DNA from: Candidatus Omnitrophota bacterium
Lineage (GTDB): Bacteria > Omnitrophota > Gorgyraeia > Tantalellales > Tantalellaceae
NCBI GenBank assembly: GCA_035403965.1
Contig: DAONGE010000008.1
Span: 1-59,091, forward strand
Length of the DNA: 59,091 nucleotides
Reading direction: 5' to 3'
Position numbers and translations under genes: made by a program. Positions 45,303 to 55,212 of the stretch are shown in pieces. The notes below the pieces were generated by a model. It worked only from the letters and a program-made list of their open reading frames with translations, was not told where the DNA came from and made no database searches. How positions within the stretch are numbered: position 1 is the first letter of the stretch; each line of letters starts with the position of its first letter.

Positions 45303-46151
45303 TTAATCGTTTTTGACCGAGTATTTCGCGGCTAAGCCGCGATAATAGGCGCCTTCTTCACTTTTACCGTGTTTTTCTGAGCCTTGCGCGAATATGAGGC
45401 ATTTTTTTGCGAGCTCGTTCCGCGTAATAATATTGTTTTCAGGATCTAGTTTTCCGGAATCTATCATTTTCTGAAGAGCCTTGATCCGGAACCTGTCTAA
45501 TCCCCATATCTTGAACGAAAGCTGATCCGGCCTGCCGCCGTCTTTCAGCGTAAGAGGGGCTTCTATGAGTTTTACCTCGAATTTATTCGTGGCGCGTAGC
45601 CAGAAATCATAATCTTCGCAGGCTTCCAGATCCTCGTCGAAAGTGCCCACTTCGTCGAATACGCTTCGATGGATGACGACCGTAGATATGCTTATACAAC
45701 AAAGTGGGAGAGCGTTTTTATATACGTGGCCCGTAGGTTTTTTGTGTTTTGGTTTCTGGGAAAGCAGGTTGCCTCCGCTGAACCATATTTCATTTGTGTG
45801 GAATATTTTTATGTCTGGGAAATTATTGATATATTCGTCCGCGACCTTGAGTTTGTTTATGTCCCACCAATCATCGGAATCCAAAAACACGATATGTTCG
45901 TTTTGGGTCAGTGACAGCCCGTGATTTCTGGCCCGTGATACGCCCTTATTGTCTTGGTAGCGATACACGATCCTTTTGTCATTGTAAGAAGATATGAGGT
46001 TTTTTGTTCCATCCATTGATCCGTCGTCAATTATGATCAATTCAAAACCGCCGTATGTCTGAGCAAGTACGGAATCAACGGCCTTTTTCAGGAATTCTTC
46101 CCGGTTATAAGTCGGGATTATAACGGAAAATAAGTTTGGCGACATAATCAT
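45303..46151 (-). CDS. Family 2 glycosyltransferase
   Basis: Motifs FSVIIPTYNREEFLKKAVDSVLAQTY, IIIDDGSMDGT and LDSDDWW (DxD). Confidence 0.85.
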   Translation of the reverse strand: MIMSPNLFSVIIPTYNREEFLKKAVDSVLAQTYGGFELIIIDDGSMDGTKNLISSYNDKRIVYRYQDNKGVSRARNHGLSLTQNEHIVFLDSDDWWDINKLKVADEYINNFPDIKIFHTNEIWFSGGNLLSQKPKHKKPTGHVYKNALPLCCISISTVVIHRSVFDEVGTFDEDLEACEDYDFWLRATNKFEVKLIEAPLTLKDGGRPDQLSFKIWGLDRFRIKALQKMIDSGKLDPENNIITRNELAKKCLIFAQGSEKHGKSEEGAYYRGLAAKYSVKND

Positions 46152-46223
46152 CGGGATATTATATAATATTTTCGGAGAAAGTGGCGGATAGTTGATAACA
46201 GTTCACAAGAAAGGCGGTTATCC

Positions 46224-46622
46224 ATGAAGATGCGGATCAATTTCGAAGGGAAAAGGAAATTTGTCGCTGAAACACGGGGTTTTGAGATAGCGGTGGACGT
46301 GCCGCAGGAAAAAGGCGGGGATAACACCGCTCCGATGCCGCCGGAATATCTGGTGGCTTCTCTCGGTTCATGCATGGGAATTTTTGCGACGGCATATCTG
46401 AAGAACGCGGGCCTTGAGACATCCGGATTTTCGATAGATATGGATTGGGACCTGTCGGCCGACGGGAACAGAGTGGGGCGGATTTCGGCCGTAATCAATA
46501 CGCCTAAAACAGCTCTTGGTGATAGGAAGAACGCGATGCTTGCCGCGGCTTCAAAATGCCTTATTCACAATACATTGCGTGAATGCCCCGAGATAAAGAT
46601 AGAACTCGGTAGCGAAAAGTGA
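46224..46622 (+). CDS. OsmC/Ohr family protein
   Basis: Two conserved Cys contexts, VASLGSCM and KCLIHNTL; 132 aa. Confidence 0.8.
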   Translation: MKMRINFEGKRKFVAETRGFEIAVDVPQEKGGDNTAPMPPEYLVASLGSCMGIFATAYLKNAGLETSGFSIDMDWDLSADGNRVGRISAVINTPKTALGDRKNAMLAAASKCLIHNTLRECPEIKIELGSEK

Positions 46623-46652
46623 AATCTGAGGATTATCGTTTGAAAGGGAAAA

Positions 46653-47129
46653 ATGGGAAAAAGAAAATTCATGGTGTCAGTAATCGGCGGGCATAAATGC
46701 GACGAGAAGGTCGCAGCGATAGCCGAGCGTGTGGGAGAGATAATCGCCGAGTCCGGGGCGGTGCTTGTTTCGGGAGGTTTAGGCGGGGTTATGGAATCAG
46801 CCTGCCGTGGAGCGAAAAAAGCGGGAGGTCTTACGATAGGGATCGTTCCGGGTAATAAAAAAGAAGTGGCGAACCGATATGTCGATATCGTTATTCCGTC
46901 CGATATGGGGTATTCACGGAATACTTTGGTGGCTGGCGCGGGCGATATAGTTGTAGCTATATCCGGCGAATACGGGACTTTGTCCGAAATATGTTTTTCA
47001 GAGATAGGGCATAAAAAAATATACGGGCTTGATACATGGGATGTTCCAGTCGTGAATAAGATATCCTCTCCGGAGGATATAAAATCGGTGATAGAACAGG
47101 CCATGTCGAAAGTCGGTTCAGAACGGTAA
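46653..47129 (+). CDS. TIGR00725 / LOG-like (SLOG superfamily) protein
   Basis: Motifs VSGGLGGVMESACRGA and ISGEYGTLSEI (a GGxGTxxE-like motif); 158 aa. Confidence 0.7.
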   Translation: MGKRKFMVSVIGGHKCDEKVAAIAERVGEIIAESGAVLVSGGLGGVMESACRGAKKAGGLTIGIVPGNKKEVANRYVDIVIPSDMGYSRNTLVAGAGDIVVAISGEYGTLSEICFSEIGHKKIYGLDTWDVPVVNKISSPEDIKSVIEQAMSKVGSER

Positions 47130-47132
47130 GAT

Positions 47133-48434
47133 ATGGCAGGAAAATTACTTCTTATTAACCCATGGATATATGATTTTGCCGCATATGATTTTTGGCTGAA
47201 ACCCTGGGGATTCATAAAAATCGCCGGGATATTAAAACGCTCCGGCTGGGATGTGACCTTTATCGATACCTTGGATAGAGGACATCCGTCCGTTAAAAAT
47301 GATGCGAAAACTTCACGGAACGGTACCGGTAAATTCCATTCGGAAAATATCCTTAAACCCGTGGTTTTGAAACGTATCCCGCGTAAGTACAAAAGGTATG
47401 GTATCCCACTTGCCGTTCTTAAAGGGTTATTACCCGAGCAGAAGTTTGATTACATTCTTGTTTCGTCCGGGATGACCTATTGGTATCCCGGGGTTTTTGA
47501 TATGATAAGGATCTTGCGTGAAAAATACGGTGGAACTCGGATCATCCTTGGCGGGACATACGCGAGCCTTTGTTATGATCATGCTGTCAAAAAAAGCGGC
47601 GCGGATGAGGTCATTCATACAAAGAATCTTTCTAAACTTTCTGATGCTCTGGGATGCGGGATAGATCTCTCTCCGGGAACTGTTCTTGACGAGAACGCTG
47701 ATTATGGTTTGTATAACGATCCGGTTTATGCTGTTTTACGTATATCTTTGGGATGCCCATATGATTGTGTATACTGCGCTCAAAAACAGATATCACCTCC
47801 TTTTATGCTAAAGAATATGAACAGGGCTTTAGAGGAAATATCCGAATTATATGAAAAGGGTATCCGTAAATTCGCTTTTTATGACGATGCCCTGCTTTTT
47901 GATCAGGCCTACATAAAGGAATATCTTAGTAATATTATAGATATAAACATAAAGGCGGAATTTTACACTCCGAACGGTTTGCACGCGCGCTTTATCTCTA
48001 AGGATGTGGCGCGCATGATGAAGGGCTCGGGATTTGTCTCCCCTATTGTGAGCCTTGAAACGGTTTCCCGCGATAAAGAAAATACCTGGCATTCTAAAGT
48101 GACGAAAGAAGAATACACCGAAGCGGTGAACAATCTGAAAGAGGCGGGATATAAGAAAGGTGAATTCTCCACATACCTTTTATTAGGGGCGCCTGGTAGC
48201 AGTCTTATTGAAGTGAAAGAAGCGGTGGACTTTGTCCATTCGCAAGGAGGGATGGTGTCTTTAAGTGAATTTTCACCCGTTCCTGGAACCGCGATGGCTG
48301 ATCGATATATCAAAGAAATAATGGACGAGCCGCTTTTTCACAATAACAGTGTGTTCCCGAATTTTTCCATGACTGATTGGCCGGACATAAATCGACTTAA
48401 GTTGTACGCAAGGGGCCTAAATTCAGGATTTTAG
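47133..48434 (+). CDS. Radical SAM protein with N-terminal B12-binding-like domain
   Basis: CX3CX2C motif LGCPYDCVYCAQ. The N-terminal Rossmann-like segment (LLLINPW..., ILVSSGMTYW) resembles the class B radical SAM architecture. Starts 3 nt after the previous stop. Confidence 0.8.
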   Translation: MAGKLLLINPWIYDFAAYDFWLKPWGFIKIAGILKRSGWDVTFIDTLDRGHPSVKNDAKTSRNGTGKFHSENILKPVVLKRIPRKYKRYGIPLAVLKGLLPEQKFDYILVSSGMTYWYPGVFDMIRILREKYGGTRIILGGTYASLCYDHAVKKSGADEVIHTKNLSKLSDALGCGIDLSPGTVLDENADYGLYNDPVYAVLRISLGCPYDCVYCAQKQISPPFMLKNMNRALEEISELYEKGIRKFAFYDDALLFDQAYIKEYLSNIIDINIKAEFYTPNGLHARFISKDVARMMKGSGFVSPIVSLETVSRDKENTWHSKVTKEEYTEAVNNLKEAGYKKGEFSTYLLLGAPGSSLIEVKEAVDFVHSQGGMVSLSEFSPVPGTAMADRYIKEIMDEPLFHNNSVFPNFSMTDWPDINRLKLYARGLNSGF

Positions 48435-48692
48435 GGCTTATGTAAGGTGCATTAATTTACGGCAGTATGATTCTTTCCCGTATTTTTATACAAAATCACG
48501 ATCTGTTTTAGTTAGCGGAAATGCTCACATTTGTTAGACATTAAAAAAGCATGATATTCTTTTTTGCTTTCCTCGTGTATTTGGGTAAACTTTGATGTAG
48601 GCGAAATAAAAGATAGTTTTGGTAAAATGGCTAAGGACTTTTAAAAACTGTTTAGAGACAAACAAGTAAGATCACGATAAAAGGAGGATTAA

Positions 48693-51600
48693 ATGAAGCC
48701 CAATAAATTTATATCGGTCCTTTTGTGTTTATCGCTTATGAACGGCTCCTATATATGTTATGGGGACAATACGTTAAGTACCACAATAAATACCAGCACT
48801 GTAATTTCCGAGTCAAATACGTCTAATCAAAGTGCTGTTCAAACCGCCGTTAGCACGAAAAATGAAGTTGAGAATTTCGTCAACTCAACGGACGAGTCAA
48901 AAAGTGGACTACATATTTCGTCCGATCTTATGAATACCACGGGGAAGGTAACATTGTCCAACGGGGTTATACAATATTTTAACACAACAACTGGCCTGAT
49001 CACAAAACAGATAAATAATGATACAAATAGGACGACTCTCGCTTTTAGATATACGGGAGAGGAATTGACAACGGTGACACAAACATACAGTGCGTCAGTC
49101 CCGGCAGGCGCAGCTAAAAGCACGATCTTCAATATGAGCACATTGAAAACCGAAGAGACATATTCTGATGGATCGGTATACGCAGCTGGGTTTACGTACT
49201 CGGCGATATATGTCGATGGTACCGGAGTTGTTATCTGGCAATCGTCAGTGAGCGACAATAAAACATTATTGCGTCGTACTTTATCAGACGGAACGGTTAA
49301 ATATTATGACTCATATGGCAATGTTACTAAACAGATATTGAATGACACATATAAAACGACTTTAGCTTTTACATATACTAGTAATGTTTTGACGAAGGTT
49401 GTTAAGACGCGAAAGACAGTCGCAGTGGACGATCCCGCAATAAGTATCACATATAACTTGCTTACTATGACAGCTACGGAAATTGACGCGGATGGTTCAT
49501 ATTATCAATCGAAGTTTACATATTCGCCATTGGCCGAAAATGAAAAAGGGGTGGTGGTGTGGCAGGCCACTTTAACGGGAACCAAAATATTGGTTCAGCG
49601 CAGTCTTTCTGACGGAACGGTCCAATATTTTGATACGAATGGTAATATGACCAGACAGATATCCAATGATGCGAATAAAACTACGCTGTCCTTTACCTAT
49701 ACTAATGGTGCTTTGACTAAGATAACGCAGACCTGCGGGAAAACACCTACAAATGGGGCCGCGCTAAGTATCACCTATGATCTGGTTAAGTTAACTCTAA
49801 GTGAGAAATATGCAGATGGGTCATATTATTCTGGGAATATAACGTTTGCGGGTTTAAGTGCCGATACGACTACCGGTTTTGTGACACCGTCGATAACAAT
49901 CGTTGGTAATAAATGGCTTTCACAGCGCACGCTGGCCAATGGGACATTGCAGTATTTCAACTCAAATGGCGATATCACAAGGCAGATAACAAATGATGCG
50001 AATAAAACCACGTTATCTTTCAGCTATACGAATAATGCTCTGACGAAGATAACTAAAACTTATGGTGTTAATCCGACAGATGGTTCGGCGATCAGTATTA
50101 CATATGACCTGGTGAAGTTGATAGCAAGTGAAAGGTATTCGGATGCATCATATTATAGTTTTAAATTTACATATGCAGGACTAAATGCTGATACAACGAC
50201 AAAGGTTGTGACCCCGGGGATTACGATGACAGGTAACAAGTGGCTTAGTCAGCGTACATTATCAGATGGGACTTTGCAGTATTTTGATGCAAATGGTTAT
50301 ATAACAAAACAGGTCGCGGCGGACGCAAATAAAACGACATTGTCGTTTACATACGCTAATAATGTTTTGACGAGAGTAATAAAAACTTACGGAGTGAATC
50401 CCACGGACGGGTCGGCAATAAGGACAACATTTTATCCGGGGACTTTGACGGCGACAAAGCAATATGCAAACGGGACGACTGAAGCAATGAAATTTATATA
50501 CACGACGGTTTCAGGGGGATCGTCTGATACGGGAAATAGCGTATTGGCTAAGTGGGTTGTTGGAACTACAGAGGTTGTTACGCATATATTCGCCATTAAA
50601 ACAGACAATACAGTTCCAGTTGCGCAGGGGCAAACTCTTGCGGTTAATCAGGATACGGATCTTAATATCACGCTTGTGGGAACTGATGAGGAATCCGCGA
50701 TACTAACATATACTATCGTAACGCAGCCGCAGCATGGAACGATCGTTAGTGACGCTAACAATGCCGCGAAATTCGTTTATACTCCCGCGGCGGGGTTTAG
50801 TGGGACGGATTCGTTCACATATACCGTGAATGATGGTCTCGCGACGTCCGAAGTGGCGATAGTTAGTATCGAAATAAAAGATACCGTTCCTCCGGAAGTG
50901 ACCCTTACAAGCACGGTGTTGACGAATTCTTCGAATTATAAACTTACATATACAGTAGATGGCGTGATCTGTGAAGAGAATATAACGCTTAGCGAGGGAG
51001 TGAACACGATAATAAGGGATGCGATGGATACCGCCGGGAACAAAACCACTAAAACATGGGAAATAACCCTGGATACTGTCGCACCGGTAGTGTCATTAGT
51101 GAGCGCTTCCTTGACGAATAATCCGACGTACGCATTGCAATACAGCGTGGATGGTAAAACGGTTGAGGAATCAGTGACACTAGCTAGCGAGGGCAATAAT
51201 ACGATCACTAGAACTATAAAAGACGCGGCCGGAAATCAGACGGTGGCTACCTGGAGTATAAAATTAGATACGATTGCACCAGCAATATCCGCTGTTGCTT
51301 CGTCATCGGTGGAAGCGACCTCGGCTAATATCAGCTGGACAACCATTGAAACCGCGACTACGCAGATAGAATACGGACTTACGACATCGTATGGCACAAC
51401 TACCAATTTACTTTCGTCTTTAGTTACACAACATAGTCAGGCTATAACCGGGCTTACAGCGGTGGCCACATATCATTATAGGGTTATATCCAAGGATAGC
51501 GCTGGTAATATATCTGTATCGGATGATATGACCTTTACCACAAAAGAGGCCAGTACCACCATCCCGGTCGCTAATGCGCAGACCGTATCAATGCTGGAAG

Positions 51601-54600
51601 ATAGTTCCCAGACCATAACTTTGACCGGAACGGATCCCAGCGGAAGGCCTCTCAGTTATGTTGTAGTGAACAATCCCACTAAGGGTATTCTTACGGCTGT
51701 TGATGGGGATGCGTCAAAATATATATATACTCCGCTTAGTAATGTAGCAGGGTCAGATGAGTTTACTTTTAGAACCGTTACTTCCGACGGGGTGTATTCG
51801 GAGTTGGCCAAAGTGACATTGAAAATTTCAAAGGTTACAGATCTCCCGATAGCGTTTTCACAGATCGTTGATGTAAAAAATACCACCACAGTCATTTTAG
51901 GTGGGAGAACCCCGGATTCAGAAACGCTGACGTACACGTTGGTATCGCAGCCCGCACATGGTACTTTAACCGCGACCTCAACCGCGAATATATACATATA
52001 TACACCGGTTGCCGGGTATGTAGGGACTGATACCTTCCAGTTCAAGATCAAGGATAACACTGAATATTCCGCAGCGGCTACTGTACTATTGAGGGTCAAT
52101 GCTCCGACGGTTTTGAACACCGTGCCTACGTGTAGCGCGTACGTGTTCAATAACGCGGATAATACGAGGACTATTTCTATAGATACGAAAGACGCTGAAC
52201 AATCCGCGTCGTCAATGGTATATACCGTTACAACCGCTCCGACGAAAGGTACAGTTGTGCAGGACGCGACGGATCGTTCAAAATGGATATACACACCTGG
52301 CACCAGCTTTGATTCGGCTGGGGATACGGTCACGTTTTCAGTAAGTGACGGGATAGGGCAAGCGTCTCCGGTCATAGTCTTTGTGGGATCGGCAAATAGT
52401 TCCGTTGTAGTGTCTGATGATGGAGGACAGATCGATTTTTCAAAGTTCACGGCAGGGACCCAGTTCGTTATTTCCGGAACAGTTGGGTCAAATTGCGGGA
52501 CATTCACGTCGGTAGACGGCTCAACCTCAAAATATTATTTTACGCCGTCATGGAGTATCTATTGGGAGGGAATGACGGACAGAACGGTTACAATAAAATA
52601 TACGTCTGATGTGGATCCGGCAACGGTTCATTCTATAGATCTTAGGATAAATTATATCGATGATCCCGCTGTGGTCTCGCCGGTTAAAGATATGGTATGG
52701 ACTACTGGGGTGCCGTTGAACTTCGGGGTGTTCGCTACAGATCTTGATACGGCGAACGTGGGGATATATGTTACTGGGACGACTTCAAGCGGTTCCGATA
52801 TATCTTCGCAGTTAAATTGGTCTGATTTTTACGCAAGTCCTACGACTAACATATATCAACAGGAGATCTGGACCCCGACAAAAACGGGGACATATATATT
52901 GACCGTGCATTCCGGGGATAGTTCCCAGACTTTTAACGTTATAGTGAAAAGTCTGGCCACTACTCAAACAACGGTTCCTGTTTTTACGGCGCCTTCCGAT
53001 GTTCTAGTTTATGGCAGCGGTAATCATCAGAGAAAATTGGTGACAAACATATCAGCGGTTGACGAAGGCGGAAAAGACGTTGTTGTGTCTATGACGTCAG
53101 TTAAGAAAGACGGCGTGGATTATACCGCATCTATAACCGATTATTATTATGACAATCTTACAGGAGAGTTTTTCTGGTATCCCGGAGTTGACGAAGAATT
53201 AGGTAAATATGAATTTACGTTCACCGCGATAGACGCCGATGGACATAAATCAACAAAGACGATAAACATGACGGTAACGTTACCGCCTGTTGTGACAGGA
53301 ACTAGCGAGTTTACGGCTTTTATTAAAGCACATGAGAACGAAATACACGGTTACTCGGATATCGTATACCGTAACGCGGATGGATGGCATGCCAGTGTGA
53401 ATGCTTCTTATTCTGAGCAAATAGATGTCGGCGCAAGTGCTTCATATGGTTTGTGCGTGTGTGACGAGGGTGATGATGTTATATTCACAAATTCATCGAC
53501 TGCGTATACGGTCGCCGGTGGAGATAATGTTACTAAAGCGATGCTTAACAATAGTGGGAAGCTGATGACCAGCTTGTATAACGCATTTGTGAGTAAAGAT
53601 GGTTGTTCCATGGCGTTTTCCCCTGGGCATGTAAGCGACGGGAGAAGAGACGCGGAATTTAACATCGGAAAAGTTGCTTATGTGTATTCATCGATGGGGT
53701 CTTCCCATAGCGAAGCTGCCGCGGTAGAAGCTTATATGAAGACCGCAGGTGCTTTCAAAAAAGAGGTGTATGATTATCTTAAAGAGAACGGTCTTTTGTT
53801 GGCGACAATAGTGTATTTAGACCATTGGACGCGCATGAATGCGGATCCGGAAAAATATCTTTCGCGGGAATCATATCCCAGCTTTAACGTGAGTGCCGAA
53901 ATTGATGCGATGGCTATGGTCAAAGCCGCGTATGCGATGACGCTCGATACGATACCGTCTTTGCCGCAGTTGAAAATGGTCAGTCAGCCTGAGACCGGGA
54001 CTTTAGGTGTGGATTATTTTGATTCAGGTACTCGGTCAGTTCTGTATGAAACCCCGTTGTCTATCGCTACTATCTATTATGAACATACTGCGACAAAAGT
54101 GTTCGAACTTGATGCATCATCAAGTATATCAGCGGCAGGAACGAACATTGTTGAGTATAACTGGGTGGTCGCTCAAGGGGACGCTTCGAAAGTGCGTATT
54201 ATCAAATTGAATGAATCCGGATCGAAAGTTCGTATTGAGATCGATTATAGTGGATCGACTACGGTCGCTAGCAGTGGCTATGGCGATGATATCATATCGA
54301 ACCTGACGGCGATCGCATTGTATACCAAAACCGATAAGGGCGTGTATTCCATCCCAGCGTATTTTTCGTCATATACCATACCAAACGAACAGAGGACATA
54401 TGATACTAATGGAAAGATCCTTGGAATAACGTACACAACGGCGGAATGTCCGCGCGGAGTCGGATTTCAAAAAAGCTGGACAAAGGATGTGTACAATTAT
54501 GACGATAACGGTAATCTGCTGGGATGGACAAGGTATTACAAAGGGGTTAAGGAGTATTATGGTGCTAACGGAATGGTTATCGTAAGTAAGGATTCACTCG

Positions 54601-54989
54601 GCCGTTTAGTCACGGGAAACGCTGTTACTTACAAGATAGTATCCTCCGTTATGACCCCGACTGTCGTCACCAGTATTTTGTATAAGTATACTTATGCTTC
54701 TGATACGGATTTTACCGGCAGGCTCAGCGAGTTTCAGTATGATTGTGTAGGTACTTCTGGTACTTCATATTCGGTGCAGAATATTACCGTGTATGATGCG
54801 GATGGGACACTGACGGAAATATGGCAGTATATCGGAGGAACGTTAAAAAGCAAGATCAAAGTGACAAGTACTGCCACAAATTTTTATAATGCATCAGGAA
54901 CGCTTCTTAGTACGGCTACCGCCGCGGGATATCTAGTCCCAAATTTTTATAACATTATGCAATGGTGGTTGACGTTGATGAAACTTTAA
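48693..54989 (+). CDS. Giant (2098 aa) secreted repeat protein: YD-like tandem repeats, cadherin/VCBS-like and FN3-like beta-sandwich modules, unassigned globular region, C-terminal YD-like repeats
   Basis: AAGGAGG RBS; signal peptide MKPNKFISVLLCLSLMNGSYICYG. Five repeats of 108-109 aa. Several modules carry the signature Y(T/I)YTP..G..G.D.FT(Y/F). The FN3-like segment reads ANISWTT...IEYGLTTSYG...YHYRV. C-terminal YD-like hairpins include YDTNGKILGITY and YNYDDNGNLLGWTRYY. Confidence 0.85.
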   Translation: MKPNKFISVLLCLSLMNGSYICYGDNTLSTTINTSTVISESNTSNQSAVQTAVSTKNEVENFVNSTDESKSGLHISSDLMNTTGKVTLSNGVIQYFNTTTGLITKQINNDTNRTTLAFRYTGEELTTVTQTYSASVPAGAAKSTIFNMSTLKTEETYSDGSVYAAGFTYSAIYVDGTGVVIWQSSVSDNKTLLRRTLSDGTVKYYDSYGNVTKQILNDTYKTTLAFTYTSNVLTKVVKTRKTVAVDDPAISITYNLLTMTATEIDADGSYYQSKFTYSPLAENEKGVVVWQATLTGTKILVQRSLSDGTVQYFDTNGNMTRQISNDANKTTLSFTYTNGALTKITQTCGKTPTNGAALSITYDLVKLTLSEKYADGSYYSGNITFAGLSADTTTGFVTPSITIVGNKWLSQRTLANGTLQYFNSNGDITRQITNDANKTTLSFSYTNNALTKITKTYGVNPTDGSAISITYDLVKLIASERYSDASYYSFKFTYAGLNADTTTKVVTPGITMTGNKWLSQRTLSDGTLQYFDANGYITKQVAADANKTTLSFTYANNVLTRVIKTYGVNPTDGSAIRTTFYPGTLTATKQYANGTTEAMKFIYTTVSGGSSDTGNSVLAKWVVGTTEVVTHIFAIKTDNTVPVAQGQTLAVNQDTDLNITLVGTDEESAILTYTIVTQPQHGTIVSDANNAAKFVYTPAAGFSGTDSFTYTVNDGLATSEVAIVSIEIKDTVPPEVTLTSTVLTNSSNYKLTYTVDGVICEENITLSEGVNTIIRDAMDTAGNKTTKTWEITLDTVAPVVSLVSASLTNNPTYALQYSVDGKTVEESVTLASEGNNTITRTIKDAAGNQTVATWSIKLDTIAPAISAVASSSVEATSANISWTTIETATTQIEYGLTTSYGTTTNLLSSLVTQHSQAITGLTAVATYHYRVISKDSAGNISVSDDMTFTTKEASTTIPVANAQTVSMLEDSSQTITLTGTDPSGRPLSYVVVNNPTKGILTAVDGDASKYIYTPLSNVAGSDEFTFRTVTSDGVYSELAKVTLKISKVTDLPIAFSQIVDVKNTTTVILGGRTPDSETLTYTLVSQPAHGTLTATSTANIYIYTPVAGYVGTDTFQFKIKDNTEYSAAATVLLRVNAPTVLNTVPTCSAYVFNNADNTRTISIDTKDAEQSASSMVYTVTTAPTKGTVVQDATDRSKWIYTPGTSFDSAGDTVTFSVSDGIGQASPVIVFVGSANSSVVVSDDGGQIDFSKFTAGTQFVISGTVGSNCGTFTSVDGSTSKYYFTPSWSIYWEGMTDRTVTIKYTSDVDPATVHSIDLRINYIDDPAVVSPVKDMVWTTGVPLNFGVFATDLDTANVGIYVTGTTSSGSDISSQLNWSDFYASPTTNIYQQEIWTPTKTGTYILTVHSGDSSQTFNVIVKSLATTQTTVPVFTAPSDVLVYGSGNHQRKLVTNISAVDEGGKDVVVSMTSVKKDGVDYTASITDYYYDNLTGEFFWYPGVDEELGKYEFTFTAIDADGHKSTKTINMTVTLPPVVTGTSEFTAFIKAHENEIHGYSDIVYRNADGWHASVNASYSEQIDVGASASYGLCVCDEGDDVIFTNSSTAYTVAGGDNVTKAMLNNSGKLMTSLYNAFVSKDGCSMAFSPGHVSDGRRDAEFNIGKVAYVYSSMGSSHSEAAAVEAYMKTAGAFKKEVYDYLKENGLLLATIVYLDHWTRMNADPEKYLSRESYPSFNVSAEIDAMAMVKAAYAMTLDTIPSLPQLKMVSQPETGTLGVDYFDSGTRSVLYETPLSIATIYYEHTATKVFELDASSSISAAGTNIVEYNWVVAQGDASKVRIIKLNESGSKVRIEIDYSGSTTVASSGYGDDIISNLTAIALYTKTDKGVYSIPAYFSSYTIPNEQRTYDTNGKILGITYTTAECPRGVGFQKSWTKDVYNYDDNGNLLGWTRYYKGVKEYYGANGMVIVSKDSLGRLVTGNAVTYKIVSSVMTPTVVTSILYKYTYASDTDFTGRLSEFQYDCVGTSGTSYSVQNITVYDADGTLTEIWQYIGGTLKSKIKVTSTATNFYNASGTLLSTATAAGYLVPNFYNIMQWWLTLMKL
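48954..50590 (+). repeat. Five in-frame tandem repeats of 324-327 nt inside the giant gene
   Basis: Units start at 48954, 49281, 49605, 49932 and 50259, each beginning L(S/A)(D/N)G(T/V)(V/L)(Q/K)Y(F/Y)(D/N)..G.(I/V/M)T(K/R)Q. The middle units are the most similar to each other. Confidence 0.85.
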
Positions 54990-54998
54990 AACAGTTCT

Positions 54999-55037
54999 CC
55001 CGTCCTTGCCGCTTAACAAAAAGACGGCAAGGACGGG
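54999..55037 (+). terminator. Perfect 13-bp stem-loop after the giant gene (no U tract)
   Basis: CCCGTCCTTGCCG (54999-55011) and CGGCAAGGACGGG (55025-55037), with a 13-nt loop. Confidence 0.5.
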
Positions 55038-55212
55038 GTGGGTAAGTGATCCCTTCTGTTATTCCTGTGGATCCGGCCGCAAAAATTATTATTGCCGTCC
55101 TTTTGGTCAATGTAAGTCTTTAGACATAAAATCGTATAATTATTTTTTATTTTTATTCCAGGTAAGGTATTATATTGATTAATGTTTTCTGATCCTACTA
55201 TGAAAGGTTTAA

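Noticed and set aside
48954-50590. Regularly spaced repeats that could be mistaken for a CRISPR-like or satellite array
   Set aside because: The period is 324-327 nt, in frame, and the repeats encode a coherent protein unit inside a 2098-aa ORF. There is no short direct repeat/spacer organisation anywhere in the window.
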